Positions 32,544-39,875 of a stretch of 57,860 nt of DNA are shown here, piece by piece; the first letter of the stretch is position 1, and the number at the start of each line of letters is the position of its first letter. A model generated the notes under the pieces. It made no database searches, had not been told where the DNA came from, and worked only from the letters and a program-made list of their open reading frames with translations. The stretch lies in contig CAJVXI010000002.1 in assembly GCA_913009635.1 (NCBI GenBank), forward strand, positions 1 through 57,860. Direction: 5' to 3'. A program made the position numbers and the translations under genes. The DNA is from an uncultured bacterium (GTDB lineage Bacteria > Patescibacteriota > Minisyncoccia > UBA6257 > UBA9933).

Positions 32544-33200
32544 ATGAATCCTCAATACGAAAATCTTATAAATTCTTTAGTTAGTGACGGTTATTTGAAG
32601 ACGCCTGAAATTATTGACGCGTTTAAGGCAATTGACCGGGCTGATTTTGTTTTAGAAGAGCATAAAAAAGAGGCATACGTAAACGCGGCATTGCCGATTG
32701 GCTCAAACCAGACAATTTCTCAGCCCCTAACTGTAGCTTTTATGTTAGAGATTTTAGCGCCAAAAACTGGGGAAAAAATTCTTGATGTTGGTTCTGGTTC
32801 TGGCTGGAAAACCGCTCTTTTAGCGCAAATAGTGGGAAAACCGCCAAGTGACGGAGGCAAAGTTATTGGAATTGAAAGAATTCCTGAATTAAAAGAAATG
32901 GCAGAAAAGAACATTTCTAAATATAATTTTTTACAGGAAAAAACAGCAGAAGTTATTTTAGGCGATGGCTCTAAAGGTTATGAAGAAGAGGCGCCTTTTG
33001 ATAGAATTATTGTTGGGGCTACTGCTGCCGGAGAAATACCAGAAAAATGGAAAGAACAGTTAAAAATTGGCGGCAGAATTGTAGCGCCCGTAAATAACAG
33101 TATTGTTGTTATTGATAAAATCAGTAAAGATAAATATGAACAAAAAGAACATTTTGGATTTAGTTTTGTGCCCCTTATAGAAGCAGATAAACGCAGATGA
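32544..33200 (+). CDS. pcm: protein-L-isoaspartate O-methyltransferase
   Basis: TISQPLTVAFMLEIL, SAM motif ILDVGSGSGWKTALLA. Confidence 0.9.
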   Translation: MNPQYENLINSLVSDGYLKTPEIIDAFKAIDRADFVLEEHKKEAYVNAALPIGSNQTISQPLTVAFMLEILAPKTGEKILDVGSGSGWKTALLAQIVGKPPSDGGKVIGIERIPELKEMAEKNISKYNFLQEKTAEVILGDGSKGYEEEAPFDRIIVGATAAGEIPEKWKEQLKIGGRIVAPVNNSIVVIDKISKDKYEQKEHFGFSFVPLIEADKRR

Positions 33201-33229
33201 TACGCAGATTAACGCAGATTAGCGAACTA

Positions 33230-33258
33230 TTGACAAGACAAGAGCATAAATATACAAT
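33230..33258 (+). promoter_or_regulatory. sigma70-type promoter for rplJ-rplL
   Basis: TTGACA - 17 nt - TACAAT. Preceded by four phased acgcagat repeats (33187..33222). Confidence 0.6.
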
Positions 33259-33448
33259 TATTATAATAATCCGCAGACAAGAGGCATTCGTCAACCGGCG
33301 AAAAAAGACCTCTCGAGGAACTATTATTAGCCACTAGCCACTAGTGGTTAGTAGATTAGGGGAAATTAGAATGCGGATTAATAATCCGTTTTTATTTTTA
33401 AAAAAATTAACTAGTGGCTAAGCCCTAGTAGCTAATTATTAAACAAAC
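33259..33448 (+). promoter_or_regulatory. possible L10 leader with attenuator
   Basis: taatccgca (33267) can pair with tgcggatta (33372). This competes with the hairpin cggatt-aat-aatccg, which is followed by tttttattttt. Confidence 0.4.
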
Positions 33449-33928
33449 ATGCTTACCAAAAAACAAAAAACAGAACAAATTGAGGAAGGTCAGAATCTTT
33501 TTAAAAAAAGTCATAGTTTGGTTTTTATTGATTTTAGCGGGATAAGCGTTGAAAATATAAATGCTTTGCGTAAAGTTTTAAGGGAAGTTGGTGCTAAGCT
33601 TAAAGTAGTTAAAAAACGATTAATGAGGATTATTTTTGAAAAACATGGGATTGATTTCAATCCAGAACAATTTGAATCGCAGCTTGGAACAATTTTTGCG
33701 GATAAAAACATTTCTGAAATTGCAGGGCCTGTTTATAAATCAAAAATTAAGATTTTAGGAGGTTATGATTTATTAGCTAAAGATTTTATGGACGCTGAGA
33801 AAGTAGAATTTATCGGGAAATTGCCTTCAAAAGAAGTTTTACTTGGTCAATTGGTTGGTATGTTTGCAGCGCCAATTAAAATGTTTATGCGCGTATTAAG
33901 TGAGAAAAGCAAAATGGTCGAGAAATAA
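33449..33928 (+). CDS. rplJ: 50S ribosomal protein L10
   Basis: Position upstream of rplL. VFIDFSGISVENINALRKVLRE. Confidence 0.9.
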   Translation: MLTKKQKTEQIEEGQNLFKKSHSLVFIDFSGISVENINALRKVLREVGAKLKVVKKRLMRIIFEKHGIDFNPEQFESQLGTIFADKNISEIAGPVYKSKIKILGGYDLLAKDFMDAEKVEFIGKLPSKEVLLGQLVGMFAAPIKMFMRVLSEKSKMVEK

Positions 33929-34007
33929 AATATGTGGCCCCGAAGCAATTTTCTTCAAAAATTGACGGGGTGCTCATATTTTTAGATAAATTAAAATTTA
34001 TAAAAAT

Positions 34008-34376
34008 ATGGCAGAAAAATTTAAAGATATAATTGAACAAATTGAGAAATTAACAGTAGTTGAATTAGCTGAATTAATAAAAACTTTGGAAGAAAAATTC
34101 GGCGTTTCAGCTTCAATGCCAGCAGCAGCCGCAGTTGAGGGAGGAGACGCTGGCGTAGAAGAAAAATCAGCTTTTAGCGTTATTCTTAAAGCCGTTGGCG
34201 ATCAGAAGATAAATGTTATAAAAGCCGTTAAAGAAATAACCGGTTTGGGATTAAAAGAGTCAAAGGATATAGTTGATGGAGCTCCAAAGCCAATTAAAGA
34301 AGGAGTTAAAAAGGAAGAAGCTGAAGAATTGAAAAAGAAATTGGAAGAAGTCGGCGCAATAGTGGAATTAGAGTAA
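34008..34376 (+). CDS. rplL: 50S ribosomal protein L7/L12
   Basis: [46 protein letters not shown]. Confidence 0.95.
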   Translation: MAEKFKDIIEQIEKLTVVELAELIKTLEEKFGVSASMPAAAAVEGGDAGVEEKSAFSVILKAVGDQKINVIKAVKEITGLGLKESKDIVDGAPKPIKEGVKKEEAEELKKKLEEVGAIVELE

Positions 34377-34410
34377 TCACGAACCATAAATTATACAGCA
34401 TGAAGTAAAA

Positions 34411-34437
34411 GGACGCCTTTAAAAGGGCGTCTTTTTT
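34411..34437 (+). terminator. rho-independent terminator after rplL
   Basis: ggacgccttt-aaaagggcgtc hairpin followed by tttttt. Confidence 0.8.
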
Positions 34438-34471
34438 GTTTATAATTATAAGTATGCCATTAATAATTAAT

Positions 34472-34543
34472 GGGCTCGTAGCTCAGTGGTAGAGCGTTCC
34501 GTTCACATCGGAAAGGTCAGAGGTTCGATCCTTCTCGAGCCCA
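34472..34543 (+). tRNA. tRNA-Val (CAC)
   Basis: gggctcgtagctcagtggtagagcgttccgttcacatcggaaaggtcagaggttcgatccttctcgagccca. Anticodon loop uuCACau. Confidence 0.9.
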
Positions 34544-34603
34544 CATTAAAACAAAAAGCTGGACGGAGAAAAAATTACGTATGAATAATAAAATTATTGA
34601 CAT

Positions 34604-35794
34604 ATGCGCAATAAAGAAATTAAAAATAAATTACTTTTAGAGATTAATAAATTAAAAACTCCCGAAGGTTATTTAATGGCAGGATATCCAAATTATTCCA
34701 CTCTTTTTGGCAGGGATTCTCTTATAAGTTCTTGGCAGATGATTGAAATAGATTCTGAAATTGCAAAAAATACATTGCGGATTTTATCAAAATATCAGGG
34801 AAAAATTATTAATAGTAAATCAGAAGAAGAGCCTGGGAAGATTTTGCATGAATATAGGTTTAAGCGTGAAGAACAGTTAGGTTTGCCGCATTGGAAGTTT
34901 CCATACTTTGGTAGCGTTGATTCTACGCCGCTTTTTATTATTGTAGCGGGGGAGTATTTTAAAAAGACGAATGACAAAGATTTTCTTTTGGAAATCTGGG
35001 ACAATATTGCAGCGGCTCTTAATTGGCTTTTGGTTTACGGCGATTCTGATAAAGATAATTTTATTGAATATGAAATGAAAAATTCTTATGGTCTTTTTCA
35101 TCAGGGTTGGCGAGATGCTTTTGAAGACCATCTTAAAATCATTCCGCCAGTAGCCATCATTGAAGCTCAGAGCTACGCTTACGCCGCTTATAATACTGGA
35201 ATTGAATTATCAGAGCATTTTTCCAAAGATAGTTCTTTGAAGAATTTGTGGACAGAAAAAGCAGAAACATTGCAAAAAGCGTTTCAAAAAGCTTTTTGGT
35301 GGGAAGAGGAATCGTATTATTATCTAGCTCTTGATGGCAGTAAAAATCCAAGGAAAAGCGTTTCTTCTAATTCCGGACATCTTCTTTTATCAGATATTAT
35401 TTCAGAAGAATTTAAGGAAAAATTAGTTAAACGTCTTTTTATGGATGATTTGTTTACGCCTTACGGAATTCGTACGGTTTCTGAGAAAGATCCGGATTTT
35501 GATTACTCAAGTTATCATTTAGGGTCTGTGTGGCCTCACGACAATTGGTTAATTTATTACGGGCTCAGAAAATCTGGATTTCTTAAAGAAGCAAAACAAA
35601 TAAAACAGGCCTTACTATCAGCTTATCAAGAATTAAATTACATACCGGAATTGTTTGCAGTAAAAGATGATAAAATTATTTTTCTTTCTGAGGGCGTCAG
35701 ACATCCTAGAAAAAGGCCAGTAAATATTATTAAACCCAATAAACTTCAAGCTTGGTCTGTCTGCGGTTTATTAAATATGATTTGGGAGGATTAG
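34604..35794 (+). CDS. amylo-alpha-1,6-glucosidase / glycogen debranching enzyme family protein (GDE_C-like)
   Basis: FGRDSLISSWQM, PYFGSVDSTPLF, HQGWRDAFED, YHLGSVWPHDNW. Confidence 0.75.
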   Translation: MRNKEIKNKLLLEINKLKTPEGYLMAGYPNYSTLFGRDSLISSWQMIEIDSEIAKNTLRILSKYQGKIINSKSEEEPGKILHEYRFKREEQLGLPHWKFPYFGSVDSTPLFIIVAGEYFKKTNDKDFLLEIWDNIAAALNWLLVYGDSDKDNFIEYEMKNSYGLFHQGWRDAFEDHLKIIPPVAIIEAQSYAYAAYNTGIELSEHFSKDSSLKNLWTEKAETLQKAFQKAFWWEEESYYYLALDGSKNPRKSVSSNSGHLLLSDIISEEFKEKLVKRLFMDDLFTPYGIRTVSEKDPDFDYSSYHLGSVWPHDNWLIYYGLRKSGFLKEAKQIKQALLSAYQELNYIPELFAVKDDKIIFLSEGVRHPRKRPVNIIKPNKLQAWSVCGLLNMIWED

Positions 35795-35870
35795 GTGAGT
35801 GTTTATAGCGGATTTTTTGGTTATACCAAATATTGAAATAAAAATTAAAAATAAACCATAATATGATAAT

Positions 35871-36549
35871 ATGAGAAATACGCTAAAAATACTTGCTTTG
35901 CCGCTTATTTTTTTCGCTGTTTTTGTATCTTTGTGGCTTATATGGAAAATTTTTCAATTGCCACAAGAACAAGAATTAATTGAAATAGTAAAATACTATT
36001 TCAATCTATACGGATATTGGATGGTTTTTATTAGCGCAATTATTGAAGGAGTATTACTTGTAGGGTGGTATTATCCTGGCAGCTTGGTTATATTCTTGGG
36101 TGTTATTTTTGCAGGAAAGGATTTAACTCAAGTGGTATTAGTAGTAAGTTTAGTTACGGTTGGGCTCTTTTTAGCGCAGTTATTTAACTATGTGTTAGGA
36201 AAATATGGTTGGTATAAACTTTTTTTTGAAATTTGGCTTGAGAGAGCCAATAGAAAATTCGCAAAAGCGTTTTACAAAATACGGGCTTAGCGCAATATTT
36301 TTGAGTTATTGGCAGCCCAATCTTGCAGCGTTAACTTCCACTGCAGCTGGTATTCTGCAATTTTCTTTTAAGAAATTTTGGATTTACTCATTAATTGCAG
36401 TTGTTATTTGGGATATTTTCTGGGGCGTCTTGGTATATTTCATTGGAGAAGCAGCATTAATGGCAGTAGGTATAAGATTTGTTATAGTTTTTATAGTTAT
36501 TTGGATTTTATTTATATTAATATTTAAACCTAAATCTTCAGCAGTTTAG
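35871..36549 (+). pseudogene. DedA-family membrane protein split by a frameshift in a T8 run
   Basis: ORFs 35871..36290 and 36205..36549 together read as one DedA-like protein (GKYGWYKLF / LKFGLREPIENSQKRFTKYGLSAIFLSYW). The frame changes at ttttttttt 36220..36227. Confidence 0.7.
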
Positions 36550-36581
36550 TAAGCCGACGGTTTTTGATAAAATAAAGCGAA

Positions 36582-36699
36582 ATGATAAAAACTATATTTA
36601 CTACAATATTCACGATCGTAAAATTTGTAGTAAATTTATAATGATAAAAACTATATTTACTACAATATTCACGATCGTAAAATTTGTAGTAAATTTATA
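36582..36699. repeat. perfect 59-bp tandem duplication, each unit carrying an 11-bp inverted repeat
   Basis: atgataaaaactatatttactacaatattcacgatcgtaaaatttgtagtaaatttata x2. The IR is atttactacaa-N17-ttgtagtaaat around cgatcg. Confidence 0.9.
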
Positions 36700-36752
36700 T
36701 TGAAGTGCCTACTCGTCTTTTGTTGGAGGCGGTTTTTTGGTAGAATAAATTT

Positions 36753-37319
36753 ATGAAACAAAAAATAGAAAATTTCGCAGAAGAAAAATTAGGCAATGAA
36801 GTTGCGGCTGGGATAGACCATCTTAGAAGGGATTTTAAGATTGCCAAGAAATTAGCAGAGTTGGAGAATATTGATTATGATGAAGAAATTTTACACGCAG
36901 CGTGTTTTTTGCATGATTTATTTGACGAGAGCGAGGAGGAGCATAATATTGTTGCTGCAAGGATTGCGGGAGAGTTTTTGCCAAGTATAGATTTTCCAAG
37001 TGAGAAAATTGAGCAAGTCCAAGAAGCCATAAAAGAGCATCTTCCAAGCGGCAAGCCGAAATCCAAAGAAGCAATTTTATTGCATGACGCGGATTTAATT
37101 GATTTTCTAGGCGCTACTGGAATTGTAAGATTATCTATTGGAGCGTGGGATTGGATGGAAAAATCTTCTCTTAAAGAATTTATTTCTGTATTTGAGAAAT
37201 TTAGAAAAGATTGTTATGAAAACTTAGTTTTGGATAAAAGCAAAGAATTATCAGAGAAGAAGATTAAATTTATGGATTTGGCAATCAAAGAATTAAATGA
37301 GGAGTTAGGAGAAATATAA
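36753..37319 (+). CDS. HD-domain phosphohydrolase
   Basis: AACFLHDL and LLHDADLIDFLGATG. Confidence 0.8.
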   Translation: MKQKIENFAEEKLGNEVAAGIDHLRRDFKIAKKLAELENIDYDEEILHAACFLHDLFDESEEEHNIVAARIAGEFLPSIDFPSEKIEQVQEAIKEHLPSGKPKSKEAILLHDADLIDFLGATGIVRLSIGAWDWMEKSSLKEFISVFEKFRKDCYENLVLDKSKELSEKKIKFMDLAIKELNEELGEI

Positions 37320-37321
37320 AA

Positions 37322-37423
37322 ATGGTTAAAAAATATAATAAATTAATTCGGGATAGGATTTTGGAAGGAGGATTTAAAAAACGGCTATTTCTAATTAAAA
37401 CAGAGAAACAAACGATTAATTGA
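37322..37423 (+). pseudogene. possible remnant of a MazG-like NTP pyrophosphohydrolase (33 codons)
   Basis: MVKKYNKLIRDRILEGG resembles the YNKLVRDKIPE N-terminus of MazG/PRA-PH-like proteins. Truncated by a stop inside the next promoter. Confidence 0.3.
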
Positions 37424-37448
37424 CAAGATAACAAAATAATGTTATCTT
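37420..37448 (+). promoter_or_regulatory. promoter with overlapping 10-bp inverted repeat (operator-like)
   Basis: TTGACA - 17 nt - TATCTT. The IR acaagataac-N8-gttatcttgt spans the -35 to -10 region. Confidence 0.45.
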
Positions 37449-37519
37449 GTTTTTAGTAGTTATTTGAAAATTTCATAGGAGATATTTTATAAAAAATTAA
37501 CAGGAAGGAGGTGATAGTC

Positions 37520-37723
37520 ATGGCTAAGTTTGGTTTTTTAAATAGGAAACTTACAACCGAAGAATGTCTGTGGTTGAAAAAAGATTTACCAAAAGGTAAA
37601 AAGGTGTTTAAGTATGATGGTCATACATACGGAGTTATTGGTTTAACCGGCGTAGCTGTCAGCGATAAAGCTGATAAGATACCTTTTTATGAAGTTCCTA
37701 AAAATTCAGTTAATTGGAATTAA
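37520..37723 (+). CDS. hypothetical small protein (67 aa)
   Basis: Strong RBS aggaaggaggtg 6 nt upstream of the ATG. A terminator follows. Confidence 0.6.
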   Translation: MAKFGFLNRKLTTEECLWLKKDLPKGKKVFKYDGHTYGVIGLTGVAVSDKADKIPFYEVPKNSVNWN

Positions 37724-37776
37724 ATAGAATATCCCAAAGCTAACAACCTGTGGACAAAATAGCAGGCAATTTACAA

Positions 37777-37810
37777 AAAACCCTTTTTAATAAAGGGTTT
37801 TTTATTTTTT
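37777..37810 (+). terminator. rho-independent terminator
   Basis: aaaaccctt-N7-aagggtttt followed by a T-run. Confidence 0.75.
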
Positions 37811-37830
37811 AAAATGATTGTTTTTAATGC

Positions 37831-37920
37831 TTGACTGGATAGGTCTGGTGGGGGAAAATGGATAGTAAGTGGGGAAGTGTGGATAAGTATGGGGATAAGT
37901 ACCCAAAGTGGTGGATAACT
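37831..37920 (+). promoter_or_regulatory. Pmra-like promoter and phased TGG(G/A)(G/T)A box array (MraZ operator candidate)
   Basis: TTGACT at 37831. Boxes tggggg 37849, tggata 37859, tgggga 37870, tggata 37880, tgggga 37890 and tggata 37911 sit at ~10-bp phasing. Confidence 0.6.
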
Positions 37921-37931
37921 TTCAATTAATT

Positions 37932-38363
37932 ATGTTTATAGGTGAATTCAAACACAATTTAGATGCTAAGGGGAGGATTGCTGTTCCAGTGAAATTCAGA
38001 AAGAAGTTAAGTGGTGGAGCGATTATTACACGCGGTTTGGACCATTGTCTTTTTATATTTAGTAATAAGGAGTGGGAAATTTTAGCGCAGAAATTAGTTG
38101 CCTTACCATTAGCACAGGCAAATTCACGGGCATTTGTTCGTTTAATGCTGGCCGGCGCAATGGACGTTGAATTAGACAAACAGGGAAGGATTTTAATTCC
38201 GGATTATTTAAGAGAATACGCAGGATTAAAAAAACAAATAACTGTAGCAGGACTTTATAATAGAATTGAAATTTGGAATAGTGAATCATGGAAAGAATAC
38301 AAAGCAAAGACGGAAAGCGCTTCAGATGAGATAGCGGAGAAGCTTTCTGAGTTAGGGATTTAA
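37932..38363 (+). CDS. mraZ: transcriptional regulator MraZ
   Basis: MFIGEFKHNLDAKGRIAVP and DKQGRILIP (two SpoVT-AbrB repeats). ATG at 37932 is preferred over the GTG at 37908. Confidence 0.92.
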   Translation: MFIGEFKHNLDAKGRIAVPVKFRKKLSGGAIITRGLDHCLFIFSNKEWEILAQKLVALPLAQANSRAFVRLMLAGAMDVELDKQGRILIPDYLREYAGLKKQITVAGLYNRIEIWNSESWKEYKAKTESASDEIAEKLSELGI

Positions 38364-38453
38364 TGTTGTAGTGCTCGAATGTTGTAATGTTTAAATAATT
38401 AGTAGCGGGATGAATCATTACAACAATCAAACATTATAACAGTTTCAACATTA

Positions 38454-39482
38454 ATGCATAAACCCGTTCTTTTAAATGAAACTATAAAAATTCTTGATCC
38501 GAAGCCGGGAGAATTTTTTATTGACGGAACAATTGGCAGTGGGGGACACGCAGTTAAAATTTTTGAGAAAATTATGCCAAACGGCAAATTATTAGGAATA
38601 GATTTAGATGAAAATAATTTGAAAATTGTTAGAGAAAAAATTTTGGCAGGAACTAGTAATCAGGAACTAGTAAATAGGAATAAATTAATTTTAGAACAGG
38701 GCAATTACGCTGACTTGCCGGAAATTTTAAAAAAACACAATTTACCGAAAGCAAGTGGATTAATTCTTGATTTGGGATTTTCTTCAGAGCAGTTGGAGTT
38801 AGGAAAAGGTTTTAGTTTTCAGAAAAATGAATTATTGGATATGCGTTACAACACTTCACAGACCAACACAGACTACACACGGATCAATACGGATGGTCAG
38901 TATAAGTCCGCGTTAAGTCAGTATAAGTCAGAGTTGACGGCGATGGAAGTAATAAATACTTTTAATGAGAAAGATTTGGCAGACATTATTTATAAATACG
39001 GAGAAGAAAGGTATTCACGAAGAATTGCGAAAAAAATTATTGAACAAAGGAAAAGAAAATTAATAAAAACAACTTTTGATTTAGTTGAAGTTATTAAAAA
39101 GTCCGTGCCAAGAAATTATGAAAGAGGACGTATCAGTCCCGCAACAAGAACTTTTCAGGCATTAAGGATTTACGTTAACCATGAATTAGAGAATTTAGAA
39201 AAATTATTAAAAAACATAGATCAAATTATAAAAGGTCGAATCCGCCTACGCGCCTCTTTCGCCGAAGTGGCTGCGAAGGCCGAGCAAGGCTTCGGCGGGC
39301 GAGTAGTAATAATTTCTTTTCACTCTTTAGAAGACCGTATAGTAAAAAATTATTTTAGAGAGTTAAAAAAGGATAAAAAAGCGGAAATTTTAACAAAAAA
39401 ACCAATTAGGGCCACAAATGAGGAGATAAAAAGCAATCATAGAGCAAGATCTGCTAAATTAAGGGGGGTTGTCTTGAAATGA
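38454..39482 (+). CDS. rsmH: 16S rRNA (cytosine1402-N4)-methyltransferase
   Basis: HKPVLLNE, DGTIGSGGH, LDLGFSS, SFHSLEDR. Carries a family A insertion and a GC-rich insertion. Confidence 0.93.
   Translation: MHKPVLLNETIKILDPKPGEFFIDGTIGSGGHAVKIFEKIMPNGKLLGIDLDENNLKIVREKILAGTSNQELVNRNKLILEQGNYADLPEILKKHNLPKASGLILDLGFSSEQLELGKGFSFQKNELLDMRYNTSQTNTDYTRINTDGQYKSALSQYKSELTAMEVINTFNEKDLADIIYKYGEERYSRRIAKKIIEQRKRKLIKTTFDLVEVIKKSVPRNYERGRISPATRTFQALRIYVNHELENLEKLLKNIDQIIKGRIRLRASFAEVAAKAEQGFGGRVVIISFHSLEDRIVKNYFRELKKDKKAEILTKKPIRATNEEIKSNHRARSAKLRGVVLK
38856..38930 (+). repeat. 75-bp palindromic element, family A copy 3, in frame in rsmH (SQTNTDYTRINTDGQYKSALSQYKS)
   Basis: tcacagaccaacacagactacacacggatcaatacggatggtcagtataagtccgcgttaagtcagtataagtca. 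Same orientation and reading frame as the pheS and pheT copies. Confidence 0.85.
39236..39305 (+). repeat. GC-rich palindromic insertion in frame in rsmH
   Basis: ggtcgaatccgcctacgcgcctctttcgccgaagtggctgcgaaggccgagcaaggcttcggcgggcgagta. Arms cgccgaag/cttcggcg. Read as RIRLRASFAEVAAKAEQGFGGR, just before conserved VVIISFHSLEDR. Confidence 0.65.
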
Positions 39483-39517
39483 AAATTAGAAATTAGAAAT
39501 TAGAAATTTTTTAATAT

Positions 39518-39814
39518 ATGACCATTATTCAACCAAATAAAAACAATAATAAGACAAATTTAATTATTTCAGCCTCAGTAGTCATTTTAGTTGTTTCGGC
39601 TGTATGGAGTATTTTTATTTACAATAGAGTAGTTAATTTGCGCCATGAAAATCAGCGCCAAGAAGTTCTTTTCCGTCAGGTAGAAGTTGCTAATGCAGAA
39701 TTAAAGAATAATTTTTATGGAATGACGGATGCAGATGGATTTGAATCAGCGTTGGATAGCCAAAGATTAATTTTGGAAAAAAATCCTAAATACCTAAAAT
39801 TAACATTAAATTAA
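39518..39814 (+). CDS. ftsL: FtsL-like single-pass cell division protein
   Basis: Position between rsmH and ftsI. One TM helix followed by a coiled-coil-like segment. Confidence 0.6.
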   Translation: MTIIQPNKNNNKTNLIISASVVILVVSAVWSIFIYNRVVNLRHENQRQEVLFRQVEVANAELKNNFYGMTDADGFESALDSQRLILEKNPKYLKLTLN

Positions 39815-39875
39815 GGGGCTTTTTGTAAATTTTCGTTGTTGCAGATGAGCTAGAAAATTTATATATAATTGGCAT

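Noticed and set aside
32244-32555. ORFs 32244..32555 (-) and 32311..32547 (+).
   Set aside because: They overlap rpmG, tRNA-Trp and its terminator. They are frame artefacts.
37878-37886. Perfect DnaA-box 9-mer upstream of mraZ as evidence for oriC.
   Set aside because: It is one unit of a 10-bp phased TGGGGA/TGGATA array. That array fits the known MraZ operator architecture better. A single perfect box is insufficient.
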